This document shows, one piece after another, positions 49,126 through 60,664 of a DNA stretch of 64,000 bases. The DNA comes from Macrostomum hystrix (lineage: Eukaryota > Animalia > Platyhelminthes). The DNA is taken from positions 1-64,000 of the forward strand of contig CATNEN010000033.1 in the NCBI GenBank assembly GCA_950097015.1, read 5' to 3'. The notes below the pieces were generated by a model. The model worked only from the letters and a program-made list of their open reading frames with translations, had not been told where the DNA came from and ran no database searches. Position numbers and translations under genes: made by a program. Each line of letters begins with the position of its first letter. The first letter of the stretch is position 1.

Positions 49126-49585
49126 TCTCTCATTCCTGTCTCATCTCTCATTCCTGTCTCATCTCTCATTTCTGTCTCATCTCTCATTCCTGTCTCATCT
49201 CTCATTCCTGTCTCATCTCTCATTCCTGTCTCATCTCTCATTCCTGTCTCATCTCTCATTCCTGTCTCATCTCTCATTCCTGTCTCATCTCTCATTCCTG
49301 TCTCATCTCTCATTCCTGTCTCATCTCTCATTCCCGTCTCATCTCTAATCTCATCTCTCATTCCTTTTGTCATGTACTATCTCATTTTTAATTTCTATCT
49401 CATCTCTAATCTCATCTCTCTTGTATGTCTCATCTCTAATCTCATCTCTCTTGTATGTCTCATCTCTAATCTCATCTCTCGTATGTCTCATGTCTAATCT
49501 CATCTCTCTTGTATGTCTCATCTCTAATCTCATCTCTCGTATGTCTCATGTCTAATCTCATCTCTCTTGTATGTCTCATCTCTAA
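49126..49585. repeat. 18-bp (ctcattcctgtctcatct) then about 30-bp CATCTC-rich repeats
   Basis: Tandem copies. Confidence 0.95.
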
Positions 49586-49825
49586 TATCAGTTTTTCTGG
49601 TTTTGCTCTTGAAATTAAAACTAAGACTTCAAAGTACACATGCATGAAAAGCATATTTCAAAATGTTTAATTTTCATGAAAATTATTTACGCATAAATAT
49701 ATTTCTCTAAGTAAAACAAAAGAAGCATTTAATCAATAGGATATTGAATTCGACAGCGATAAACACTGCTTCAACACGTTCGGTAAAAGTTTTGCTCCAT
49801 GGAGATGGCAGCGAGCAGTTCGACA

Positions 49826-52800
49826 TTATTTGAACTTCTCCTGAGAGAAGATGAACTTGACCGCCTCCAGACAGTTGTCAAAGTAATAGTGCGGCTTCGT
49901 CAGCTCGTCGTCGCGCTCGATGTCCCGATGACCGTGGTACACATGCGGCCCGCACATAGACGTGACGTTCGGGTTGTAGACCCCGGTGCCCACTAGGATC
50001 GCTGGTAAGGTTCGTTGAAGGCAAAAAGAATTTGATAAGTAGCTCAACTTTTTCAAACATTATCATTTCATTTTTGCGTTTTAGCATACGACTAGCAAGT
50101 TTTGCCCCCCCCCCATCGGGGAGCAGAAATATTTTTATTTCGTCCAGTATATACTTTTTAGCAATGATTCCCCAGTTGGGAGAGGCTCATGACAACACTA
50201 CCAAGGCTCATGATGTCACTACCAAGGCTCATGATGACACTACCAAGGCTCATGACAACACTACCAAGGCTCATGATATCACTACCAAGGCTCATGACAA
50301 CACTACCAAGGCTCATGACAACACTACCAAGGCTCATGACAACACTACCAAGGCTCATGATATCACTACCAAGGCTCATGACAACACTACCAAGGCTCAT
50401 GATATCACTACCAAGGCTCATGATGACACTACCAAGGCTCATGATATCACTACCAAGGCTCATGATGACACTACCAAGGCTCATGATGTCACTACCAAGG
50501 CTCATGATGACACTACCAAGGCTCATGATGTCACTACCAAGGCTCATGATGACACTACCAAGGCTCATGATGACACTATTGGCCATCTAGGTAATAATCT
50601 GAACAGGCGCAAATTTTCCGTCGGTAGACAAATGCTTTCCATAAAGCTCCTTTGGAAATGTAAAAACTAGATATCAAAAGAATTCTGTCCAATTCGAAGT
50701 ACTTAAAGAAAATAGAATGAGAAGATAGCATTGGTTTTCAATAGACTAGCAAACAAAAATTACTCACAGATAAAGAGCTTAGCCGAGTGCTCGATGAATT
50801 CCGCATCATCAGGGATCATGCGCGACTTTGAGATGTCAATCTGACGCCTGATGGCTCGAATCTGCTCAGTGGTTGGCGGACTGGAAAGCGACCCCGAGAG
50901 TCGGCGGTAGCGGCCCAGGTACTTGTTGTACAAGTTGGCGCCCTTTATGTCAACCTCGGGATTGTCTCTACAAAAATGAGGGCATATAATATTGCAGTTG
51001 TTATCGATGTTAATACAGCGATCTGAATGCAGCCAAGGTCACACCTGACTATTGAGACATTCTATTGAGGATAAATATAGATAGCGATCTAAAATTCTTT
51101 TCAATACGTCAAACCGAGGCTCATGATAACACTAACAAGGCACATTGTGGAAGCTCAAGATGTCATAGTCAAGAGAAAATTTTCAACGCTCAAGAGAACA
51201 CTGTCAACGCTCAAGAGGACACTGTCAACGCTCAAGAGAACACTGTCAACGCTCAAGAGGACACTGTCAACGCTCAAGAGAACACTGTCAACGCTCAAGA
51301 GAACACTGTCAACGCTCAAGAGAGCCACTGTCAACGCTCAAGAGAGCCACTGTCAACGCTCAAGAGAACACTGTCAACGCTCAAGAGAACACTGTCAACG
51401 CTCAAGAGGACACTGTCAACGCTCAAGAGGACACTGTCAGCGCTCAAGAGAGCCACTGTCAGCGCTCAAGAGAGCCACTGCAAACGCTCAAGAGGACACT
51501 GTCAGCGCTCAAGAGAGTCATTGTCAACGCTTAAGAGGACACAGTCAGCGCTCAATAGGGCACGACAAGCATCCAAGCCTTCTCTCCGCAGCTGCGCCCC
51601 AAATAAATGTGGCCTCGCCGCGGAATCGAACTTTTGGACCTTGGCGCAAGAGGCAACGCGTTAACCGCTCTGCCACCGACCCCCCTCTCAAGAGCGCACT
51701 GTCGACGCTAAAGTGCCTTTGTCTATGAAGAAACACTTATTCTCGGGCCCTAACGACACGACTTAGGCTTGACATTATTTTGCTACTCTTAGAGACGCAT
51801 CCGGAGCTCACCCCACAAAGTAGATCCTTTTGATCTGCCCTGCCTGTGGGATCTGCTTGGCCAGCTTGGCGATCATGTGCTCTGAGAACCTATAAGTGAT
51901 CTCTGACGGCTTGCCAATCAGGTGAGTGTATTGCAGCGCGTTGCCTGTGATCTTCTCGTAGAGAGCCTCGAGGCACAATAGGAAGGAGCCATGGCCGAAC
52001 CTGTGTTTTATGATAAGGTGCCATTTTGCTTTCAAATGAAAGTCAGATGGCTTCGAACCCCGTTTCCTCTCACCTGGGCATACAAGCCTCGGCTTTAAAC
52101 ACTAGGTCCATGTTGCAGGCCAGGATTGGTAGGTGAGTGTCTGGGTATCGTTCTGGCGCTTTGTCCGGCTTGCCATCGGTGACCAATAGGTCGATGATGA
52201 CCTGCAGATAGGACTCCCATCGTTTCGGCTCACCGATAGATATGATGCCTGGCGTTGGGTATTGGTGGTTTGGGCCATTTACAGGCACACTGGGCGATCA
52301 GCCAATTAGGACTAATACTGACCAGTACGACCAATTCTGACCAGTAGGACCAATTCTGACCAATAGAAACAATTCTGACCAATAGGACCAATTCTGACCA
52401 ATAGGACCAATTCTGACCAATAGGACCAATTCTGACCAATAGAAACAATTCTGACCAATAGGGCTAATTCTGACGGAATAGGACCAATTCTGACTAATAC
52501 GAACAACGACCAATTCTGACCAATAGAACCATTTCTGACCAGTACCACCAATTTTGACCATTCTGACTAGATTCAAGTTCGTAGCAATGATCGGTGAATG
52601 TAAATTGCACCACCTGAAAATTTGCGCCAATGCTTACATTCGACTTTAGGAAAGTCGAGGTTCTCTTTGTATCCGTTTGCCTGTAAGGTTGGAATTGCAA
52701 TTAGCGGAGTTAGTTTTTATAAAAATGATTCGTCAGTTGTCATATTCGAACAGGTTTCAATATCTTAATTTATGATTCCTACCACCGTCTTTCTGTTATC

Positions 52801-54345
52801 GTGGTCGACCATGTCCAGCAGTGGATAGGCCCTAGTCACATCCTCGAGGGTGCAAACGTTTGTGAAGCCGAGACTGCAGGTCAGGATAAGATAGGACTGT
52901 AAGAATTCTTGCTTTAAAATGCTCAAATTTCTACTTGTAGTAGGCTGAGAAGTGGAACTGACCTTTCGGCGATCTCCAGAATGGGACCCTGGCCCACAAA
53001 TAGAACTCGCTTGTGATGCCACTTGGTGAATACAGACAGCGGCGACTGCGAGTGAATGAATTGGTCCTGCATGATCTGCAGTGGGAATGCATTTGGGATT
53101 CCGTTTAGGAACATGCGGCTGACTGCGCTCTTCATGTCCAGGAGTACTCGTGGACCTTTGAATACTTTGCTAAGTATATATACAACTCATACCAACGCGA
53201 TTGTAGCGATCATTCGACAAAAGGTAAAATCTAAAAGTGATTTATGATTTACTTTAACGCATGGATCAGATGTAATTTAGTTAATTTTTTAGCTTTTCAT
53301 ATCATAAATAAAGTTTCCAATGTACTTTTATTATTGAATGTCAAGGAATAATCGAAGTAGGAGGACTTTGCACACTCAAATACTAAACGCTGCGACTGAC
53401 TTACAGGGGCTACAGTTAAGAAATTTGCTAACAGTATAGAGAGACTTATGGGGTATTTCAAATTTCCACATTTTTCTGAATCTGCAAAAACATTCAACCA
53501 TTCGCCATGAGAATGCAGAACACGGGCTAAACTTTTCCGCTCCATCCGATGAACCAACGCCCTGAATCACAAAGCACCGGCGTCGTCGAGACATTCAATG
53601 TTCATCTTCGGGTGTCTGGTGGCAAAAACCATCAATCTAGGCATAATTTTTCTGCTCACAAAACATAATGTAACCATGTCGGCAATTATTGGTGATAATA
53701 TAGTTTTGATTATATTCTTAATCATTACATTTTTACCCAATGTAAAGTTTTATGCAGAGCAATGTCAGTTGTTCTTGTCACCAGGGTCTTCGACAAGAAT
53801 CGCTGAATATATCGACGATGCTGACGTCGGACAGCTTTGAAAGTTAGTTCATCGTAAAGGGCGAAACATCCTGATCCATATGGTGGACTTTCACGAAAAT
53901 CGGTAGCCGGGAGCTATCGTGAAGTTGGCAGGGGAAATTGCTACTGGTACAAATCTCTAGAGCCAGTTAATTTCTATGTACCTGAGCGCTGAACCATTCG
54001 GACATCATCTTCGCCTTGCTGTCGCCCTTGGCGCAACCGTTGGTGACGAAGGCGAACGGCACCCGCGGCTTGCCGGTCTCCGGGCAGACCAGTTTCTGGA
54101 TGGCGTCCCGAGCCTCCGGCAGCGGATTCAAGCCGAGGGCGATGACTCCGTCGATGTCGAATAGAACTCCGAACTCGATCTGAGGGGGCGGATGTTCGAT
54201 TGTCCGCTAAATTCTTTCGGAGATCAGTAATCGAATCCTGCGATCTTACCTTGCTCTCTTCGACTTCTGCGTCCTCAAACGCGTCCTCGGCCTCAGACGC
54301 GTCATAGTCGAAGTCATCCTTGTCGACTGGTTCGTTGCTACCCAT
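49826..54345 (-). CDS. HDHD5: HAD-family hydrolase HDHD5/CECR5-like, 9 exons
   Basis: Exons 54345-54250, 54179-53982, 53075-52963, 52873-52783, 52680-52638, 52248-52074, 52000-51812, 50967-50768 and 50001-49826 join in consistent phase with GT-AG boundaries. Motifs: FDIDGV, FVTN, GEPKRWE, ACNMDL, RFGHGSFLLCLE, GKPS, VGDNPEVDI, SILVGTGVY. Confidence 0.93.
50184..50578. repeat. 21-bp minisatellite (aaggctcatgacaacactacc), HDHD5 intron 8
   Basis: Tandem copies. Confidence 0.97.
51185..51550. repeat. 21-bp minisatellite (aacgctcaagagaacactgtc), HDHD5 intron 7
   Basis: Tandem copies. Confidence 0.97.
51570..51686 (-). mobile_element. SINE family B, 5' part, in an HDHD5 intron
   Basis: ttctctccgcagctgcgccccaaat...gcgttaaccgctctgccaccgacccccc is the reverse complement of the family B head. 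Confidence 0.8.
52318..52560. repeat. 20-bp minisatellite (ccaattctgaccaataggac), HDHD5 intron 5
   Basis: Tandem copies. Confidence 0.93.
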
Positions 54346-56109
54346 TTTTGTTCGAAGAAAATAGTATTGCACGAGTAATTATTAAGTTGTGGCTTTGATG
54401 CAGAAATTCCTAACAAAAATCTCTATTTTTTGTCCTTTTATACACGCAAACCACGGTTGACTCTAACTGAAAACTTCTACCGCGTTCTTTGATGTCAGAA
54501 GTCAAGCCGTCCAGGTGTTATCAGGCCTGATTTTGCTCACTTCGCTGCTCCCATTCCACACTCTGTGGTATCTTATCTAGCCCATGGAAACAATATTTCT
54601 ACTTTTCCTACAGCCGAGAGCTAATGACCTTCCAAAACGATCGAGGCCAAGCTCAGTGAGTAGACCACAAGCATTTTCTGCTTTCTTTACTAAGAAAAAA
54701 GCACAGATTCGCAGAAACACCACTGAGACTAGAAGAGCTGTAACACCCCCCGACCGCCCAGAACCTGTGCAAACTGCTTCTCACTTATTTGGCTGGGTGC
54801 ACCAGATCTCGCTCCAGATTAGTGCGGTGGTCAGAATGCACTTTTGTGTGACTTAAAAAACTATTGCACTATTATATTGTACGAGCGTAAGTGATATAAC
54901 AATAGCTTGAAAATATGAGTTACCAGCATGCTTTAAGTTAAAACAAATATTACTTCCTTTCTTAAGTTGACAGACGTACTTTAGTGGAGTGGGTTAAACG
55001 ATAATTTTAGTAAAATGTCACTTAATTGCAAATGTTAAACAGTACTTCTTGACTTTTAATTGCATGCAAAATACGCAGGATACTCAAGAAGCAATTAAAA
55101 AATAATCGTATGTGCTCCCCATTGGACTATGACTCGAACTCCAGACCTCCTGTGAAAGTTCTAAAGCTATTACCTGTAGAGTCTAGGCTACCAGCTCTCT
55201 TGAAGCCCGTATAAAAAGCAGTATTTCGCACAGTTATCAACGCAAACTGCCCCTGCCTAAAATAGAAAAAGCAAATTTAAGCATTTTTCGTAATACTCGT
55301 AAATTAACGCTGACACAAAAAATTGCTGTCACACTGACTGACATTCCGAGCCTACTCGGAAATCACAAATTTCTAGTTGAATTCTGAGGGACGCTTTGGT
55401 CTCACTCATGCTATTTGATAAGCACGCGGTTAAGAGTAAAAGTGCAGCGAAGTGTGCACCCCATAGCTCTGCGCTAAATAGCGAGTGGCACGGGCGCGTA
55501 CGAAGGCCACTAGTTTAAATACAGTGGCTAGATGAGCTCGGTAGCCTAGAGCAGTCCGCTAAGACTTGCTCTTTCCCATTTCCTGCCCAGTGACAAAATT
55601 TAAATAAAAAATTTAGCTTTTTCATACTGTTTGCTGCATAGAGTTTTCCATCTGTCGGGATTAGCCCATAGAGTCTCTCCTATTGGTTGAAGAATTTCTT
55701 TCTATCTCTCATCTCTCTGCCCCTCTGCCTCAGCTTCATTGCGATTGGTCCGGCTGTAATGTTATTCATTTAGATTAAATAACAAACTGTAATAGTTGCT
55801 ATGCTCTCAAGATAAAAAACTTTATAATAAATTATATGAAAGTCAATGCTGACAACAAAATAAATATTAATTAGACTGGTATTATAAGCAAAAAGCAAAA
55901 ATAATAATCTTAAATATCTGCACTGTTAACGTCCGACTGACTTCTAAAGGACAAATGCACTTTTACGCTGCGTGCTGCATAGCTTTAGTGAGCGCTGCTC
56001 GCTGGAGCCCGACGAGTATAGAGTATTGCTTTAATAAGGTCAAAATTAAATATTAGAATGTTTAATTTAATTTAGACATGAAGTCTGTCCATGCTTTCTG
56101 TTTGGTTCA

Positions 56110-58486
56110 TTAAGACGCCATCTCACTCAGTTCAACCACATCCGTGATCATTCCAAATGGTTGCTTGTGCCGCTGCCACTGCTGCCACTGCTGCTGCTGC
56201 TGCTGTTGCTGCTGTTCTTGTTGTTGCTGCTGCTGTGAATTGTCTTTTGCTAGTGGCTCCAGGAAGCGACAAGCTCGACTGCGGTAGGTGTTAATGAACG
56301 GATCATCTGTGCAATGATCAGCTTTTTCAAAGTCAGGCTTGATGCTCATGTCGACCTTGCTAACTGATCCGGTCATCTCAGTGACCCATTGCTCCCAGCT
56401 GTCCGCTATGATCTTCTTCGGTGTCACCAGTATTTGGACTTTAGCTGCGATTTAGTACGAACGAAGATTCAAGTAAATGTAACATACAATAGACATATTA
56501 TATTGAGTGCTCATTGACTGTGACAAGGGGCATAGAATGAGACTGAATATCTTATGAGCCAATCAGCAGTGACAAGGGGCATAGAATGAGATTGAATATC
56601 TTATCAGCCAATCAGCAGTGATGAGGGGCATAGAATGAGACTGAATATCTTATCAGCCAATCAGCAGTGACAAGGGGCATAGAATGAGACTGAATATCTT
56701 ATCAGCCAATCAGCAGTGATGAGGGGCATAGAATGGGACTGAATATCTTATCAGCCAATCAGCAGTGATTTGGGGCAGAGAATGAGTTATAATATCCTTT
56801 CAGGCAATCAACAGTTTGTAGTGGACAGAGGTTGAGAGATTGTGGGATTGTCAAAGAGGATTTGAACCAATCAGCAGGGTAGTTTAATGAAAGCGGGTAA
56901 GAATGTCGGCCAATCAGAACTGTGGAAGATGCACAGCATAGGCTGGTCTCACACTTCTTCTCGTCCCGTTGAGTCTGGCCCCTGCGTGGGTACCAGATGA
57001 GGCTCTGGCAGTCGGCTGCGTTAAGGTAGCTCAGCGCCGAGGCGGGCAACCGCTTGCGTTCTCCTTCGCAGATCTTTGGCCCAACAAGACAGCATCTACA
57101 GCCGCGCACTCGTTTACCAAGGGGCTGGTCGGTGTCAACATCTATAGCGACCTGTAGGTCCCACTTCACCGTGGCGAGCACGCTTATTTTCTCGTTACGC
57201 CAGTCGATTTCACCAGCTTCAAAGTCCAACATTGATTCCCGCGTTCTGTCCGAAGAAGCGATGAAAAGTGGCAAACCAAGTTTTATAAAAAAAAATTTTC
57301 TTACCCATTCTTACACCTGTGTTCTCATAGCATGATCCGATCTGATCCAATAGCCATCGAAATCCCTCATTCCCTGTCCCTCATCACTGCTGATTTGCTG
57401 ATAGGATATTCCGCCTCATTCACTATCCCTCATCATTGCTGATTGGCTGATAGGATATTCCGCCTCATTGCCTATCCCTCATCATTGCTGATTGGCTGAT
57501 AATATATTTCGCCTCCATTCTGTGCACCTCGCTGATTTGCAAAGATTGTTAATTTCTAGCCATTATGCAATTTTCTTAACTTCTTAAAATTTGTTTTTCT
57601 TATTTATTCGAACCAAGCAATTGTATTTACCTGAACGCCACAAGCCACAGAACAATACGATTGCGACGCAAAACCTTAGTGAGTCTGTTTGATCGGTTCA
57701 GTATCCACCAGTTGATTGTGGGCTCGTGATACTCCTCAAACTGGATGCTAGTTGTACACCTGCGCTTCTCGCCTCGCCGGATTCGAAGTACTTTGTTGCC
57801 TGGATTTCATAAAAGTGCAAATAGCATTTTATTTCAGCTTTATTTCGAATTTTTTAAAACAGCGAAGCACGCATTTATCTCTCGTTGGTTTACCCATGAT
57901 GTACGGTGTGCTGCTGTTACCGCTGCTGGAGTTCACCATCTTCTGCTTTCCACTCTTCAGAGGGTGCAGCTCCCATCGGGCCTTGCCAGACGAACCAAAC
58001 ACATTCTCGCTCTCCATGCGATCCGTGGCCTGCACAAAGCCGATTAACCAGTCGTGATTGGCTAACGACTTTTTAATCTAGAAGGTAAAGTATTGCGTTA
58101 GCGCAAATTATTTTATCCCTCGTCGATTCTTACGATAAGTTCTCAGCTTCAGTTCTCAGATCTAAAGTTGGAATGAATCAGTCCTCTTCACTCCAGTCAC
58201 TCTCTTACTCTCAATCAATAGCGGTCAGTTGACAGTTTAATGAATACTGGTCAGTCATTGTGCTCACCTTGATGTGCGCCTTAACCATAATCGATGGCGT
58301 CCTAAAAAGCAGGAATCTGTCGTCCTCTCGAGTAACCACGCCGCAGTCGTGCACCTGATCATTTGGCTGCTTGGCTACCGGCTTCTCGACTTTACGCACA
58401 TCCAGGTAGAAGTCAATACAGCCAGTGGAAAATATTTTTACATCAGCGGCAGATAAGAAGTTATTTTCGCTGTCTCCTTGATGCAT
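56110..58486 (-). CDS. FAM78-like protein, 5 exons, with polyQ-containing C-terminal extension
   Basis: Exons 58486-58268, 58077-57894, 57799-57631, 57245-56953 and 56444-56110 are phase-consistent. FAM78-like motifs: FRTP, WLIGFVQA, WEL, LWLVA, KWDLQVAIDVD..QPLGKR, LPASAL..NAADCQSLIWYPR. Confidence 0.85.
56518..56770. repeat. About 49-bp repeat array, FAM78 intron 4
   Basis: About 5 copies of gccaatcagcagtga(c/t)(a/g)aggggcatagaatgagactgaatatcttatca. Confidence 0.95.
57365..57530. repeat. Inverted-orientation copy of the about 49-bp array, FAM78 intron 3
   Basis: ccctcatcattgctgattggctgataggatattccgcctcatt is the reverse complement of the 56518-56770 unit. Confidence 0.9.
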
Positions 58487-58865
58487 TTACACAAAGCTAA
58501 AGCGACTACTACCAAATTTCGAATGAAGAAGTTGCTTTCGTCCGTTGAATACCGTTAAATCGAAAAATGCTGAGAAAGTCAGTGAAGTAATGCTAGCCGT
58601 ATTCTAATTTCTTTTCTTAGTGTCTGCTAAGATTTTTACATCAACAAGACCGCCACACTATTTCTCCATAGACATTTGGCATTTCGCTTTCAAATGCAAC
58701 TTTAAGTTGAAAACCAGGCAAAGTAGTCTAGGGCCAAGTGTGACTGTACCTTCAAAATAGCTGGAAGTCGCAAAAGGACAAAAGTTTAAATATATTATGT
58801 TAAATAGATTAGCTTGAGCAGACGCACCAGCAAGGCAGACGACCAGCGATAGCTAAGTAAACAGA
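58487..58865. promoter_or_regulatory. Probable bidirectional promoter between the FAM78-like and TTLL-like genes
   Basis: Predicted start codons diverge 379 bp apart; the promoter is inferred from gene orientation only. Confidence 0.45.
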
Positions 58866-60626
58866 ATGGAGAACGATGCATTTAAACCATTCCCACTGCC
58901 GGATGCATCCGCTGCCGATCATGCCACGCTAGAAGACGTTCTCAGCGACGAAAACCTACCTATGGAGAGTGCACCACGGATTCCCCAGCGACCTCCGCAG
59001 ATGCAGCAGTCGCGACATGCTAAGCCGAGCGAGAAGTCTCTGTCGAGTAATTCGAACATTATCGATAAGCAGAAGCGTCTGCTCGGCGTCGGTGACACGA
59101 AAAAGTCGGCAGCTGCCAGCGTCGCTGTGAAGCAGCGCATGCTGTTCAGGCAGCCCGGGTCAGGACGTATTCAAGACATCAATTACTCGAGGCAATCGAA
59201 TTGTGACGACAGCTCGAAGAAGAGTAAGCTACAGTCCCAAGAGTTCGTCTTCAGCAAGTCTATGGATATGTAAGCTTTTGGATTGCTGTGGAAGGGTGAT
59301 GTAACATCGCAATAAATGATAATAAAATAGGGATGACCGAAAGCCCGTTTGAATTTAAAATTTCAGGCAACAATGTATTGTGGTTATCTATCTCCATCTT
59401 CCCGATTATCTATCTATCTCTATCTTCCCGAAAATTCACTTCGACGAAAATAAAATGTCTGTATCAATTCACGACCGGGATGGCTTGAATAAACATGTCA
59501 GAATAAGCTTCCAAAACTGTTAGCCAATACTTAGGCGTAAGTCGTAAGATGAGCCCTATGTTAATTGAGCAACGTGTAATGAAAAAGAAATTCAATACAA
59601 ACAAACAATTGCACTTCCATCGCTTTCTCTGAGTGAGAAATTCATGTCATCCAAGAATTTTTACCTAGGTCTTCTGTCCTTTCTTATCCGACAACACTAA
59701 GTGACTGTTTGACGTTTTGGTTTTTGGCGAAGTGGAATTTTGAGCGAGTGAAGCGCCCACTGAATGCCTTTAAAACTTAATCATTGTCTCCATCAGCTCG
59801 GCAAACAACCCGGATGACGCCGGATTCGACGAGATAAAACTGTCTCCATTCTACGATGGCTACGACACGCGAAACTTGCTGGAAAAATGGCATGACCTTC
59901 CAAATAGGCTAACCCTAAACGACTGGGCCTTCTATATACGCACCACTCGGCGCAGGTCTAATCGCAGTCAGGTTGATCGTCTAGTTGGTGACGTCTGCGC
60001 CAAGGTGCTGAGCATGCGCGAGTTGTTGCAATACTCGCTGGATAGCGGGGCGCACTGCCTGATGTGGTTGAATTCGAGTCTGGCCAGGCGATTTCTACCG
60101 CGAATGCGTAGCGGCGCACATATTATGGGCCGCGTGCAGTGCGACGTTGTTGTCAAGGACAAGCAGAGTCTGTCCAGCCTGCTGTCGGAGTACAAATTTA
60201 CCGAATTGGCGGATTGGCCAATGCACGTGTGCCTCAACGAGAATCGCCAAGAGATTAAGAGGAATATTCAGCGATTGTGCCGGCATCAATATATTGTGAG
60301 TGGACCATTTTTCTATTTCTCAGTTAATGGGGCAGAGGTTTTGAGCAGACAAAGGCTACAGTGAGGTTGTAGCCTTGTGGTTAGAGGGTCGGACTCACGA
60401 CTTAAAGGTCGGGGTTCGATTCCCGACTCGACCGGAACGATTTGTGTTCTTTAGCAAGACACTTAACTTTGCATTGCTTCAGTTCACCCAGCTGTTAAAT
60501 GGGTTACCAGCATTAGCTGGGGTGATTGAGGGGGTGTGGCCTCTCCCCAGTCCATGGACTGAACAGTTGTACCCAGCGGCTGTGCTGTCGGCTGCACATC
60601 TGGCCCAATGGAGGCAGGTGTAATCA

Positions 60627-60664
<38 letters not shown>

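Noticed and set aside
50032-51728. (TTKAHDN)n and (STLKRTL)n ORFs
   Set aside because: They are intronic arrays of HDHD5, whose exons join in phase around them.
52074-52290. Apparent frameshift in HDHD5
   Set aside because: Resolved by a 43-nt exon (52680-52638, ANGYKENLDFPKVE) and an acceptor at 52249-52251, which restore DFPKVECIISIGEP.
55131-55198. Minus-strand segment sharing ctagactctac and gtctggagtt with the hammerhead flanks
   Set aside because: No CUGANGA/GAAA core, and the shared words sit in the D-arm and T-arm positions of a degenerate tRNA-like SINE head. It is probably coincidental, though a family alignment could revisit this.
60363-60435. Possible genuine tRNA genes at the SINE heads (also 4362, 30530, 46219, 60857)
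   Set aside because: Acceptor stems do not close, and each head continues into a shared SINE body or is a truncated copy of one.
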